The translations under genes were made by a program, and so were the position numbers. From contig JANOQI010000036.1 in assembly GCA_031414775.1 (NCBI GenBank), forward strand, positions 73,033 to 137,032: a stretch of 64,000 nt of DNA, given 5' to 3'. Positions within the stretch are counted from its first letter, which is position 1. Each line of letters begins with the position of its first letter. The notes beneath the pieces were generated by a model. That model was given only the letters and a program-made list of their open reading frames with translations, had not been told where the DNA came from and did no database searches. The DNA is from Synechococcales cyanobacterium VAR_4_metabat_354 (GTDB taxonomy: Bacteria > Cyanobacteriota > Cyanobacteriia > Cyanobacteriales > Chamaesiphonaceae). Shown piece after piece: positions 42,568 through 53,094 of the stretch.

Positions 42568-44910
42568 TTATCGGACAGCTTGCAGAAATTTTTCGAGAAC
42601 GGGTATGGCTGGACATGGATCTTTGGGTTGCAACTTGTACTGAGTTGCTCCCTCTGTCGCTATATTTGGATCTGGCCAGTCAAAGCGATTCCAGGTAAAA
42701 GGTGCTTCTCGTTCAGCGGCCATCCAGAGCAACCTTTTAGCCCTGGTCATTGCTACATATAGTAAGCGCAGGGATTCAGCCTGTTTGAGGAAATTGGCTT
42801 GCTGCCAAGCAACTGCGGCACTGGGTGGAGTTTGCTGATGGGCAAAGGCTCGGATTTGAGCACGAGCAACTTCTCCAATATTAAAATCCCCTAAAAATTT
42901 AGATCCGGTAGTTACCCAGGGACTACCCGGAATACTATCTTTGTGGAGAAATGGTAAAAAGACCACGTCCCAATCTAAACCTTTAGCTTTGTGCATTGTC
43001 ATAATTGTGACCTGACCGGCGGCGGTGAATCGATCGTCTGCTTCTTCGTCTACGTTGGCAAAATTCTCGGCTTGAGCGATTTCTTGCAATACCTGAATAC
43101 TGTGGGCGAGAGAACTATTCCCAAAGGTTTGTTGAGCAACTCGCTCTGCTAGTTTATCGGCGGTAGCTAATTCCAGAGCTTGATATTCTAACCTATCTGC
43201 TAAATAACTAATTAGTTGGTAATATGGTAAACTAAATCTGGCTCTGATGAATTCAGTGCAGTAGGTTTGGGCTTTGATGGCTGTTGCCGATAACTGCGGA
43301 TCAGTGATTGTCGGGTAGAGAAAGCGTTCTGGAAAGATCGCGAGGGCATTAGTATCTTGAGCCTCAATTAGTTGCCGTTCTAGTAGAACATTCAGAGCAT
43401 CTTTCAACCGATCGGGTGAATGAGGGCGTACCACGAATTGCAGGAGCCGCAACATTTCGCTGGGAATTTGAGAGCTACGGTCGCTAATCCCGGCGGCGTA
43501 AATTTTGATCTCAGGACGGGTTTTAAATTGGGCTGTTAATTGATCATTGATGAACCTGGCCTGGCGATTCTCGCGTACTAAGATGGCGATATTGAGGGGC
43601 GATTCATGTTGAAATAGCTGGATGATGCGATCGCCGATTTGTTCGATCGATTGAAAAATATCTCGTGGCCGATGCACTTCTATGCCAGCTGCAATCGGAC
43701 TAGGGTTGGGTTGCGGGTCGTCTAAACCCACTGACTGAATATCTTGGGGCCAGAATACAGTCTCGGAAGTAGCTATGTTGTCGGTGTCGGCAGCGGGTAA
43801 ATTGGGGCGCAAGTAATTGTTACCCCAGTGCAATATAAAGTTGGCGCTGTTAATAATAGCTTTGGTACTGCGTCCGGCTTGGTTCATTTCAGCTAAGTTG
43901 CCGCTGGGGGCGCAGGCGCTGCAAAAATCTCGGAAGTAAGTAGGATCCGCGGGAGTATAGCTGGAGTTGATCGATTGGTTGGGGTCGCCCACCCGAATTA
44001 AATTAGAGATCGATCGATCATCTTGCTGGTTGTTGCCAGTGGCCAATAATCCCAAGAGTTTTTCTTGCAAGGGGCTAGAATCCTGGGCTTCGTCTTCAAA
44101 AACGGCATGGACTTGCTGCTGCCAAAATTTCAGAGCCACTGGATCTTGTAAAACTCTTAAAGCCCCAACGATCATTTCATCATGGTCTAAATAATTCATG
44201 GCTTGTAGCTGATCTTGGTACTCTTGGTATAGTCCGGCGCAAATGCCCAAGATATCGTAGTGATCGGGGTGTTGCTGCGCTAATTCCGCTAAATCAGTGG
44301 GCGATAACCCTGAACTTTTAGCTTCGCGGACAGCAGTGAGGGTCAGATTGGGCAGGATGTCGTTGCGGATGACTGATTGGCGGCGTAATCTTTCGGTTTC
44401 TTCCCCATCAAAACTTGCTCCGGCAAGGAGTTGGTGATATCGATCGACATTCTGGGGCAGCCACCTGTCAACACAAGTCCGGACTAATTTATGACTACTA
44501 TTCGGCATAATGACCGTGCAGTCGGTAGTGTTCAGCTTCGATAGTTCGGGATGGCGGGTGGCAATACTCCAAGCTAGGCTATGAATAGTACTAACGCTAT
44601 AACCTACAGGTGGTAGTGATAATTCTTGCAGGCAGCGATCGATCTTGATTTTGATATTAGCCGCTGCCGATCGAGTGAGGGTAACTATGATTAATTGTTT
44701 GCGTCCGTGCAGTTGCTCGCGAGCGATGGTCAGGGCTGCTGTGACGGCCATACTATGAGACTTGCCTGCTCCTGGCACTGCGGACACGGCTAGTGCACCT
44801 GCTCTCCAATTAGCCAAAGGTCTTTGACCAGCGCGCAGGCTATTTTGGAACCTGTCCATGATGGCGGCACGCAATTCCAATTGATGATCGGTGGAAAGGG
44901 GAAGCGGCAT
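42568..44910 (-). CDS. UvrD/REP family ATP-dependent helicase
   Basis: AVPGAGKS, EDEAQD, VGDPNQSIN, TMHKAKGLDWD, RLLYVAMTRAK; start 44910 or 44937. Confidence 0.92.
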   Translation of the reverse strand: MPLPLSTDHQLELRAAIMDRFQNSLRAGQRPLANWRAGALAVSAVPGAGKSHSMAVTAALTIAREQLHGRKQLIIVTLTRSAAANIKIKIDRCLQELSLPPVGYSVSTIHSLAWSIATRHPELSKLNTTDCTVIMPNSSHKLVRTCVDRWLPQNVDRYHQLLAGASFDGEETERLRRQSVIRNDILPNLTLTAVREAKSSGLSPTDLAELAQQHPDHYDILGICAGLYQEYQDQLQAMNYLDHDEMIVGALRVLQDPVALKFWQQQVHAVFEDEAQDSSPLQEKLLGLLATGNNQQDDRSISNLIRVGDPNQSINSSYTPADPTYFRDFCSACAPSGNLAEMNQAGRSTKAIINSANFILHWGNNYLRPNLPAADTDNIATSETVFWPQDIQSVGLDDPQPNPSPIAAGIEVHRPRDIFQSIEQIGDRIIQLFQHESPLNIAILVRENRQARFINDQLTAQFKTRPEIKIYAAGISDRSSQIPSEMLRLLQFVVRPHSPDRLKDALNVLLERQLIEAQDTNALAIFPERFLYPTITDPQLSATAIKAQTYCTEFIRARFSLPYYQLISYLADRLEYQALELATADKLAERVAQQTFGNSSLAHSIQVLQEIAQAENFANVDEEADDRFTAAGQVTIMTMHKAKGLDWDVVFLPFLHKDSIPGSPWVTTGSKFLGDFNIGEVARAQIRAFAHQQTPPSAAVAWQQANFLKQAESLRLLYVAMTRAKRLLWMAAEREAPFTWNRFDWPDPNIATEGATQYKLQPKDPCPAIPVLEKFLQAVR

Positions 44911-45012
44911 GAAGTAAGGGCAACCGAGGTACCCCATTGTATACTGAAATCATGGGGCTGGGGCAACTCTGCGATATCTTAAAAATTTAAATTTATATAG
45001 ATTGGCTAAAGC

Positions 45013-46386
45013 ATGGAGCTGTACTGCACCCGTCCGGGTTGTTACAAACCGCAAAATACCTTCGTAGATTTAGACGATGCGGCGGTATTGAAAGTAGTTA
45101 AGCAAAAATATTGCATGACCTGTGGGATGCCGCTGTTGCTGGAAGGTCGTTATTTGACTGTGAATTTACTGGGGGAAGGTGGTTTTGGAGCCGCTTTTGG
45201 AGCGCGCGATCGATTGACTCCCAAGATGCGTCCCTGTGTGGTTAAACAGTTTAAACCAGCCATGTCATTGAATCCGGTGCAGTTGCGTACCGCTCAGGAA
45301 TTGTTCGATCGAGAAGCCGAGGTGCTAGAGCAGTTGGGCACCGATCATCCCCAAATTCCTAACTTATTTGCCTTTTTTGAATTAGCCGTCCCGAACCAGG
45401 CAACTGGTGGCGATGACCAATTTTTTTATTTAGTACAAGAGTTTATCGATGGTGAAAATTTAGAACAAGAGTTAGCCCAGCGCGGTCAATACAGCGAAGC
45501 AGACATGTTAGAAGTTCTGACCGAAATGTTGAAAATATTAGACTTTATTCATACCCATGGAGTGATCCATCGTGATATTAAGCCTTCTAACATCATGCGG
45601 CATCGGAATGGCAAGCTGTATTTGTTAGATTTTGGTGCCATTAAAAATGTGGCTCAGCCTGGTTCCACTGTTATTTTCTCCCAAGGCTTTGCGCCCCCCG
45701 AGCAAATGCGCGGCCAGCAAATCTTTTTCTCTTCGGATTTATATGCTTTGGCAGCTACCTGCGTTTCGCTGGTGACTGGTCGCAAGTCAGATGAGTTATT
45801 TGATAGTGCCCGAAATGTGTGGTACTGGCAGCAGTATGCCCAAGTTAGTGATCGAACGGCCTTTGTTTTAAACAAAATGCTCTGTCTTGCCCCGATCGAT
45901 CGGTTTCAGTCCGCACCAGAAACTTTGATTGCTTTAGAAACGGAGTCGCCGTTAGTTAGTCAGAGTTCAGTTGGCAACAATAATGTTAGGCAACCCGCTC
46001 TACCGGTTGCTCCTCCTTCTCAATTATCGACTAAAACACCTCTGCATCGGCTACCGCTATTGGAGTATATTAGTAATGCTGCTTTCTTAGGGTGTGAGAG
46101 TGGTTTACTAATGATCGCTGTCGGCAAACTGGGTCTAGCTAGCCCTCTGGCTGCTGGAATTTGGTTATTGAGTGCCGGAATTTTGGCATATTTGCAGTGG
46201 CTGCATATTATTGAAAAGTTAGACCTATTAGTAATTGTTGGAATTACGGGTGGATTAGTTTTTTTTCTATGGAATCCAGGTTTACACCTGTTCTTAGCTG
46301 TGCCTGGTGGTGGTGCCTTCGTGCTGATTAACATTGCTTTGATTTTTCGATTGGTTTATCGATTGCTATCGCGTTTTGGTTCATAA
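45013..46386 (+). CDS. Hanks-type Ser/Thr kinase with 4-Cys prefix and C-terminal TM helices
   Basis: YCTRPGC..CMTCG, LGEGGFG, VVK, HRDIKPSN, DFG, APPE. Confidence 0.92.
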   Translation: MELYCTRPGCYKPQNTFVDLDDAAVLKVVKQKYCMTCGMPLLLEGRYLTVNLLGEGGFGAAFGARDRLTPKMRPCVVKQFKPAMSLNPVQLRTAQELFDREAEVLEQLGTDHPQIPNLFAFFELAVPNQATGGDDQFFYLVQEFIDGENLEQELAQRGQYSEADMLEVLTEMLKILDFIHTHGVIHRDIKPSNIMRHRNGKLYLLDFGAIKNVAQPGSTVIFSQGFAPPEQMRGQQIFFSSDLYALAATCVSLVTGRKSDELFDSARNVWYWQQYAQVSDRTAFVLNKMLCLAPIDRFQSAPETLIALETESPLVSQSSVGNNNVRQPALPVAPPSQLSTKTPLHRLPLLEYISNAAFLGCESGLLMIAVGKLGLASPLAAGIWLLSAGILAYLQWLHIIEKLDLLVIVGITGGLVFFLWNPGLHLFLAVPGGGAFVLINIALIFRLVYRLLSRFGS

Positions 46387-46388
46387 CT

Positions 46389-47771
46389 ATGAATTCTCCG
46401 AAAAATGAAATCCCGTTGTTGCTTGGTTCTTTGCTGATTACTGGTGGCATCCTGGCTGCTGGCTATTGGTGGTTTATGGGTGGTCGTAGTGGCAGCAATG
46501 TTTCTGGTCAATCAACCGAACTCAGTGAGGGGAGTAAAAATTTAGTAGCTAGTGAAGCTGGTGGCAAAGCTAATTTTATCCAGGCTAAAAATGCTGGAGT
46601 GGCGGCAGTGAGTCGTAAGCAAAATGTCGAAGCCGTCACGCAATTTTCTAAAGCTCTCCAAATTTCATCCAATGCTCCCGAAACTAAAATTTATTTTAAC
46701 AACGCTAAAATTGGCAACAGTACTGCTTTTAAGATTGCGGTGGCGGTGCCGATTCAGTCCGATCTTAACGGGTCCTTAGAAATTTTACGGGGCGTGGCTC
46801 AGGCTCAAGAAGAAGTTAATAAAGTAGGCGGTATTAATGGGGTACCGCTCAAGGTGGTGATTGCTGATGATGCTGGTAAAACCGAGAATGCCGTCCAAGT
46901 TGCTCAAGATTTGAGCAAAGATGAGCAGGTGTTGGGTGTGGTTGGCCACTACGCTAGTGACGCTTCGATCGCAGCCGCTAAAGTATATGATGCCGCTAAA
47001 TTGGTGAGTATTTCCCCGGTCAGTACTTCGACGAAATTGACTAAATTGAGTCCTTATTTTTTTCGGACGGTGCCTAGTGACTACGTTTCGGCTAGGGCTT
47101 TAGCTGATTATGCGCTGCAAAAACTCCAGCGTAAACAGGCCGTGGTTTTTTTTAATTCGCAAAGTGGTTATAGTCAATCTCTAAAAGATGAGTTTGCCAC
47201 GGCGATGTCTTTAGGTGGCGGTTCTGTTGTTCAAGAAGTAGATTTGTCGGCTGCCGACTTTAGTGCGGCCAAAGCCCTGGATCAATCTGCTGGTGCTGAC
47301 TTGATTATGTTGGCTGCTAATACTGGCACTCTCGATCGAGCTTTACAGGTGGTACAGTCCAATCCAAAAAAACTACCGATTTTGGGTGGCGATGATGTTT
47401 ATGCCCCTAAAACTTTAGAGGTCGGGAGGCAGCAGGCTCTGGGTATGGTGGTAGCAGTACCTTGGCACATTGATGCCAACCCGCAGGCTAAATTTGCTCA
47501 GACTTCCCGGCGGATGTGGGGGGCGGCGGTGAATTGGCGCACTGCTTTGGCTTATGATGCAGCTCAGTCCTTGATTACAGCCTTGAAGACCGGCTCGAAC
47601 CGGATTGGAGTGCGAGATGCTTTGGTGGCTAATGGTTTTCAGGCCGTCGGTGGGTCTGGTGCTGTGCGTTTTTTGCCCTCTGGCGATCGGAATGCCGGGA
47701 TTCAGTTAGTGCAGGTGGTCGCTGGTAAAAAATCTGGTTTTGGCTTTGATTTTACACCAGTGAAAAAATGA
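46389..47771 (+). CDS. Membrane-anchored Leu/Ile/Val-type substrate-binding protein
   Basis: N-terminal TM; EILRGVAQAQ..GGING, GVVGHY, FFRTVPSD, ALAYDA. Confidence 0.85.
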   Translation: MNSPKNEIPLLLGSLLITGGILAAGYWWFMGGRSGSNVSGQSTELSEGSKNLVASEAGGKANFIQAKNAGVAAVSRKQNVEAVTQFSKALQISSNAPETKIYFNNAKIGNSTAFKIAVAVPIQSDLNGSLEILRGVAQAQEEVNKVGGINGVPLKVVIADDAGKTENAVQVAQDLSKDEQVLGVVGHYASDASIAAAKVYDAAKLVSISPVSTSTKLTKLSPYFFRTVPSDYVSARALADYALQKLQRKQAVVFFNSQSGYSQSLKDEFATAMSLGGGSVVQEVDLSAADFSAAKALDQSAGADLIMLAANTGTLDRALQVVQSNPKKLPILGGDDVYAPKTLEVGRQQALGMVVAVPWHIDANPQAKFAQTSRRMWGAAVNWRTALAYDAAQSLITALKTGSNRIGVRDALVANGFQAVGGSGAVRFLPSGDRNAGIQLVQVVAGKKSGFGFDFTPVKK

Positions 47772-47807
47772 GAAGATGTTTGATAATTGTTTTGTGTTGA
47801 CCAAGCT

Positions 47808-48224
47808 ATGACCCATCATCAACAACTGCTCTCCATTCGCACGGTGGGTAAATCTCTGCAAAAAGTGACCACCCAAGTACAGTCTGTGGTGGCTACTTCT
47901 GGGGTGAATATTGGTCTTTGCCACTTATTTTTACGCCACACTTCGGCTAGTCTGATCATTCAAGAAAATGCTGACCCAGATGTTTTAGAGGATTTAGCCA
48001 ATTTCTTTGCCAAGTTGGTGCCCGAAGACGATCATTATATTCATAGTAACGAGGGCGATGATGACATGCCTGCCCATATTCGGACAGTTTTGACTAAAAC
48101 TTCGGAACAGATTCCGATCTCTAATGGCCGTTTGGTTCTAGGAACTTGGCAAGGGATTTATCTGTGGGAACATCGGCGGCTGGCTCATGTACGGGAGCTA
48201 GTGGTGCATGTGATGGGTGATTAG
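47808..48224 (+). CDS. yjbQ: YjbQ/UPF0047 family protein
   Basis: HTSASLIIQENADPDV, EGDDDMPAHI, LGTWQGIYLWEHR. Confidence 0.9.
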   Translation: MTHHQQLLSIRTVGKSLQKVTTQVQSVVATSGVNIGLCHLFLRHTSASLIIQENADPDVLEDLANFFAKLVPEDDHYIHSNEGDDDMPAHIRTVLTKTSEQIPISNGRLVLGTWQGIYLWEHRRLAHVRELVVHVMGD

Positions 48225-48365
48225 AGAAATATCCTGATTACTCTATCGGCACGGTCGATTAAGCTTTCATCAAGATTTCATGAAGAATAGTTGAATTTAC
48301 CGTTGTCCGATGTCCCCTGGGGATCTACACTAATGTCATAAATAAACATTTTTGAGAAACAACCT

Positions 48366-48650
48366 ATGTCTGGAATTAGAGATGTGGAAATAGCCGTTGT
48401 GGAAAGATTCAGACCCCTCGATGGAATGTTGCAGACTCTAGCCTACACTGAGACTCTGAGCCAAGAATTTAATGTGCAAACAGCCGATCGCACCTCGACC
48501 CTGCGCCAGATTTTAGCTTTATCCATGTCCGAGCGTCACGAGTTTTTGACTCGCTGCATTCCAGGAATCGTTACTGATTTTGACGAATATCCAGAATTAC
48601 GAGAATTCTCGATGCTAGATGGCTTGGATTGGGAGCCAGGGGATGACTAG
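48366..48650 (+). CDS. Putative antitoxin
   Basis: 94 aa, acidic C-terminus, overlaps the start of the MazF-like gene. Confidence 0.55.
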   Translation: MSGIRDVEIAVVERFRPLDGMLQTLAYTETLSQEFNVQTADRTSTLRQILALSMSERHEFLTRCIPGIVTDFDEYPELREFSMLDGLDWEPGDD

Positions 48651-49032
48651 CCCCAGGCAAGGGGAAATCTGGTACGTCAATCTCGAACCAACAGTAGGAG
48701 TAGAAATCAAGAAAGCTCGACCGGTAATCGTGATCAGTTCTGATGCTATTAATTCACCGAAGTGGAAAATGCGGATTGTCATTCCTTGTTCGGCTTGGCA
48801 AGACCGATTTCTAGATAAATTATTTAAGGTGCGGATTCCAGCCAGTGATGAGACCGGCCTGAAAAAAGACTCCGTGGCAATTATTCTACAAGTGCGCTCT
48901 ATTTCTGTTGATCGGTTTCAAGATCGTTTAGGGCAGGTTTCGGCGGATACTTTGCAAGAACTGCTGGCTGGTTTGGCACTGGGTGTAGATTATCAAGATT
49001 ACCAACAGGATTACAAAAAAATTAGTAGTTGA
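48643..49032 (+). CDS. PemK/MazF family toxin
   Basis: RQGEIWYVNLEPTVGVEIKKARPVIVIS, GLKKDS, QVRSISVDRF. Confidence 0.9.
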   Translation: MTSPRQGEIWYVNLEPTVGVEIKKARPVIVISSDAINSPKWKMRIVIPCSAWQDRFLDKLFKVRIPASDETGLKKDSVAIILQVRSISVDRFQDRLGQVSADTLQELLAGLALGVDYQDYQQDYKKISS

Positions 49033-49117
49033 TTTTTCGCTACTGATTTTCGTTGGATTATTTTGTTCAAAGGCCACCATCGTTTCAACTTATCTGATGG
49101 TGTTGTTCTCTAAAAAC

Positions 49118-49148
49118 TATCCACAACGGCTAATGCTAGTTGTGGATA
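49118..49148. terminator. Hairpin between convergent genes
   Basis: TATCCACAAC / GTTGTGGATA inverted repeat. Confidence 0.5.
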
Positions 49149-49180
49149 ATACTGTTTCTCTAGACAAATCATTTGTCTAT

Positions 49181-50827
49181 TTAGGCTACGGATTGAGTTG
49201 CTTCTTCCTTCACGGGTTCAGCGGGGGTATCGATCGCTTCGTCTTCACTGACCAGCTGTAACTTAGCTTCTGCTTCTAGTGCCAAGAAGTCAGCCAACTG
49301 GGCTTCAATCTCTCTCCGCACAATAATCCGATAATCGACAAAATGCTCCGCCAAAGCGCAAGTCGAAAGATAGCTACTTAAGCCACCTGGATTCTTGAGC
49401 GCCATATTGAAAAGATTTTTCCAGAACTTCCAGCGCGTATTTCGAACCAAGCCTTGCCGCCAACAGATGGTAAAGAGAGCACGAATCGTCACCCATTCAA
49501 TTTTTTTCTTAGTGGAGTTCTCTTTCTTTGGATAGTTCGCTTCACTCAACATTAAAAAGTGGCGATAAGTTCTGTCTAAAAACTTAGAAGGCTCATATAA
49601 GTCCCAGAAAGCCTGAATATATTCGGTGGCAATGTCTTCCAGTGGTCGAGTCGGAATATAGTTCATCAACGAAGTCTGAGAACCAGCTGTTTCTACTGAC
49701 TGACTACGTAAACGGTTCTCCTTAGCTAGCCGGTGCCATAGAGCAGTGTCGGGTAGCGCTTGCAACATACTGAACAAAGCTGTCGGAATTGCTGTCTTTT
49801 CGACGAAATTTACAATTCTTTGGCCCGCTCCAGCTTTTTCGCCATCGAAGCCGATGATGAAACCAGCCATTACCCGAATCCCAGATCTAGCGATTATTTC
49901 TACCGAATCGCTGAGGGAATCGCGGGTGTTTTGGAATTTCTGAGTCATGGCCAAGCTTTCTTCATCAGGAGTTTCGATTCCCAAGAATACTGAGCCGAAG
50001 TTACAGGCCACCATCATATCCAGCAGTTCTTGGTCGTTGGCCAAGTCTACAGAAGCCTCCGTGGCAAAGGAGAAGGGAAAGCCGTGTTTTACCATCCAAG
50101 GCTGAAGCTGTTTTAAGAACAGTTTAACGTTGCGCTTGTTGCCAATGAAGTTGTCATCCACCATGAAAATACTGCGTCGCCAGCCCAAATCGTAGAGGCA
50201 CTGAAGCTCTGCCAACAGCTGCTCCGGATTCTTGGTGCGGGGTTTGCGACCATAAAGCACAATGATGTCGCAGAATTCGCATTGGAAGGGGCAGCCGCGT
50301 GAAAACTGTACCGACATTTCGGCGTAAGCCTCTAGCTGCAGTAGATCAAAGCGGGGCACTGGAGTGGTTGTAACATCCGGTTTCTCACCATTTTTGGCGC
50401 GGAAAACACCGGACTTCTCACCGTTTTTGACGGCTTCTACAAACATTGGGATAGTGATTTCGCCTTCATCTAAAATTAGATAATCGGCACCCACATTGGC
50501 TACTTCATGGGAAAGAGCCGTGGGGTAAGGGCCACCTACTGCGGAGAGCTTGCCCCGTCGCTTGCATTCTTTGATCATGTCCAGCATGTCTTGCTTCTGG
50601 ACAATCATGGCGGACATAATAACTACTTCTGCCCATTCCCACTCGGCTTCAGTCACATCGCGCACGTTGCGATCGACCAATTTGAAGTTCCATTCCTGAG
50701 GCAAGATCGCCGCTACTGTCACTAGTCCTAATGGTGGCAGCATTACCTTGCGATCGATCAAGTCCAGTAGTTTCTCAAAAGACCAAAAGCTTTTCGGAAA
50801 GAGGGGGTAGAGCAGTAATACGTTCAT
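49181..50827 (-). CDS. B12-binding radical SAM protein (DUF4070)
   Basis: PPLGLVTVAA, GGPY, SRGCPFQCEFC, VDDNFIGN. Confidence 0.92.
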   Translation of the reverse strand: MNVLLLYPLFPKSFWSFEKLLDLIDRKVMLPPLGLVTVAAILPQEWNFKLVDRNVRDVTEAEWEWAEVVIMSAMIVQKQDMLDMIKECKRRGKLSAVGGPYPTALSHEVANVGADYLILDEGEITIPMFVEAVKNGEKSGVFRAKNGEKPDVTTTPVPRFDLLQLEAYAEMSVQFSRGCPFQCEFCDIIVLYGRKPRTKNPEQLLAELQCLYDLGWRRSIFMVDDNFIGNKRNVKLFLKQLQPWMVKHGFPFSFATEASVDLANDQELLDMMVACNFGSVFLGIETPDEESLAMTQKFQNTRDSLSDSVEIIARSGIRVMAGFIIGFDGEKAGAGQRIVNFVEKTAIPTALFSMLQALPDTALWHRLAKENRLRSQSVETAGSQTSLMNYIPTRPLEDIATEYIQAFWDLYEPSKFLDRTYRHFLMLSEANYPKKENSTKKKIEWVTIRALFTICWRQGLVRNTRWKFWKNLFNMALKNPGGLSSYLSTCALAEHFVDYRIIVRREIEAQLADFLALEAEAKLQLVSEDEAIDTPAEPVKEEATQSVA

Positions 50828-50958
50828 CCAGGATATCTTGCCTATGAAGGGACTTTAAATCTGACACCAATCTTAACACAGTGCGATTTACCGCTTGTGC
50901 ATATCTCTGCTATGGATGCCATTTTTCCCCAGACTACCGAATCCTGATCGGAGTTCCT

Positions 50959-51549
50959 TTAAGTATCAATGCTTTGTGCGGGGAGAAGAGACCCGACTAA
51001 GTGTTCCACCATCCATTCAAAACTATCAGCAGTAGATTCTGTCTCGGTGAAAACACCTAAGAGTTCATTACCTAAAAAACCATGAATAGCCGCATGTAAT
51101 AGGCGGATGGCATGTCTGATTCGATCTTTTCCGATACCGAAGGGAATCAACATGGTGAGATAAATATCGAGAGTCTTTTGAATCAAAATATTAAACTCGT
51201 AGTCACTGCTTGGGAAAGAATGTTGAGTGGTGAATAGATAGAGTTCTGGATTGCCGATCGCGAATTCTCTGTATTTATAAGCTGTGCGTTTAATTAGTTC
51301 TACTGGATGATCATTGCTTTGAATATCTGGGAGACAATATTCAGTCATCTTTTGCCAGCCGCTTAATCGGATTGATCGACGTAAATCTAAATCGCCATCG
51401 AAGTGATTATAAAGCGACGGCGGTTTGATTGCTAAGGCTTTTGCTAGCTGATTAATACTGAATCTTTCTACTCCTTGTGCTTCTAATAAAATAATTGCAA
51501 CATCTAGAATATCTTGAGGTGTTAGTGTTTGTCCTTTTGGTCTAGGCAT
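50959..51549 (-). CDS. TetR/AcrR family regulator
   Basis: FSINQLAKALAIKPPSLYNHF HTH; IHGF C-terminal motif. Confidence 0.88.
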   Translation of the reverse strand: MPRPKGQTLTPQDILDVAIILLEAQGVERFSINQLAKALAIKPPSLYNHFDGDLDLRRSIRLSGWQKMTEYCLPDIQSNDHPVELIKRTAYKYREFAIGNPELYLFTTQHSFPSSDYEFNILIQKTLDIYLTMLIPFGIGKDRIRHAIRLLHAAIHGFLGNELLGVFTETESTADSFEWMVEHLVGSLLPAQSIDT

Positions 51550-51789
51550 AGCTAAAAGTTTCTAAAGTATGGCTTTTGCGAAAATAAACTAACTTAATTA
51601 GTTTTTATTATTGTAACATTTACCTGCTCTTGAAGGCAATGCTTTGAGCCGTTTTTTGACAATTTGTTTGATGAAAAAATTATATTTATTTTGCTTTTGA
51701 AGAAAGTAAGATAAATGTGGCTTGGATTGATAAAATAATGATGAAATTCTGATTAAATATTGATGAAATAAATTATTTTTCTTAAGAGA

Positions 51790-52191
51790 TTAAATATGAA
51801 ATGATGGGCGATGAGTTGTCAGAATGTCATGGGCTAATTTGATAATTAAACCAGTGACAACTGAGAGGAATAACTTTCGGATAAAGCTGTTTCCTTGCAA
51901 GATCGCTAGCTTTGTCCCCCATACAGCTCCGGCAATGTTGAAAATAGCCATGGGTATTGCTAGGGAATAATTGACATGATTGGTCAGGGCTAAATAGAGA
52001 AAGGCTGAAAGGTTGGTTGCTAAATTAATTACTTTAGCGGAGGCCGAAGCTGTCAGAAAACCAAATCCCATGATGCCAATCATCACAAATATCAAAAAAC
52101 TACCCGTACCGGGTCCAAAAAATCCGTCATAAAAGCCTAGAATCGCTCCCATCAAAATGCTGACGGCAATTTGCTGGGGAAATAAACACCG
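51790..52191 (-). pseudogene. TauE/SafE (TSUP) exporter, C-terminal half only
   Basis: GFYDGFFGPGTGSFL, ASAKVINLATN; in-frame TAG at ~52192 and no room for the N-half before sufR. Confidence 0.75.
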
Positions 52192-52280
52192 CTAAAACGA
52201 CGATCAAGGAGTGACATTACAGCGCACTGGAGCGAACGTTAGAAAGTCTTCGCACTTCGTTCTAATTTTCTCCACTTATT

Positions 52281-52928
52281 TTAGCCGCGTGCAACCGCCA
52301 CTTTAGGCGAAATCAAATAACCACAGAGATGTTCACCATCCACGATCGAATGCGTCCTTTCCACCTGACAATCGCCTAACGCCGTCGCAAACATCTCCAG
52401 TTCATGCCCGCAGACCGTCGGAAAAGAATTCGCCACCTGGGCTATCGCACAATTGTGTTCCGTCAAAATAAAGCTTTGGGAGGGATAGTCGATAGACTGA
52501 AACTCGGCCATGTAACCTTCCTGCCGCCGTAATTCCACCAACTTGGCCACCCGTTCTGGTAAAGACCCATCACCCAGCTGCTCTCGATAGGTCAAAGATT
52601 TACGCTGCCAATGCTTCTGCAAAATGCTGCTGGCTTGGTCGTAGCCCAAATTATTCACCAGCGTATCCAAGAACGAAATCACAAACTCATCGTACTGGTT
52701 AGGAAACTGCTCCCGCCCCTTCGGACTTAGTTGATAAACATGCTGAGGTCGTCCCATGCCACTAGCGATCGAATGGAAAACAATCAATCCGTCAGCCTGG
52801 AGATCCTTTAGATGTCGGCGAGTCGCCTGGGGACTAATTTTCAGAACCTCCGCCAAATCCTGCGCCTTGCCCTGACCCTGACGCAATAGAAATGAAAGAA
52901 TATCTTGCTTGGTAGAATGCTCAATCAT
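52281..52928 (-). CDS. sufR: Fe-S cluster biosynthesis regulator SufR
   Basis: STKQDIL, ISPQATRRHLKDL, MGRPQHVY, EHNCAI..VCGHEL..CGY. Confidence 0.95.
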   Translation of the reverse strand: MIEHSTKQDILSFLLRQGQGKAQDLAEVLKISPQATRRHLKDLQADGLIVFHSIASGMGRPQHVYQLSPKGREQFPNQYDEFVISFLDTLVNNLGYDQASSILQKHWQRKSLTYREQLGDGSLPERVAKLVELRRQEGYMAEFQSIDYPSQSFILTEHNCAIAQVANSFPTVCGHELEMFATALGDCQVERTHSIVDGEHLCGYLISPKVAVARG

Positions 52929-52957
52929 GGAGAATTTTACTCAGTTGGCGACTTAAA

Positions 52958-53011
52958 CAACACATTGATTGTTAAAGTGATCTATGATTTAATTTAACAA
53001 CACCCCAGTTG
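52958..53011. promoter_or_regulatory. Tandem SufR operators
   Basis: CAAC-N6-ATTG (52958-52971) and perfect CAAC-N6-GTTG (52998-53011), 26 bp apart, matching the known SufR site. Confidence 0.85.
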
Positions 53012-53094
53012 TTTTAACTACTATAGCGCGAACCTCGGCCAGCGCCTAGTTAAGTTATACTAAAAACCTTTAGAGAGTAGAAGATAGGCGACCA

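Noticed and set aside
49117..49149. DnaA-box-like TTATCCACA pair as oriC
   Set aside because: Only two boxes, forming a hairpin in a short gap between convergent genes; a terminator is the simpler explanation.
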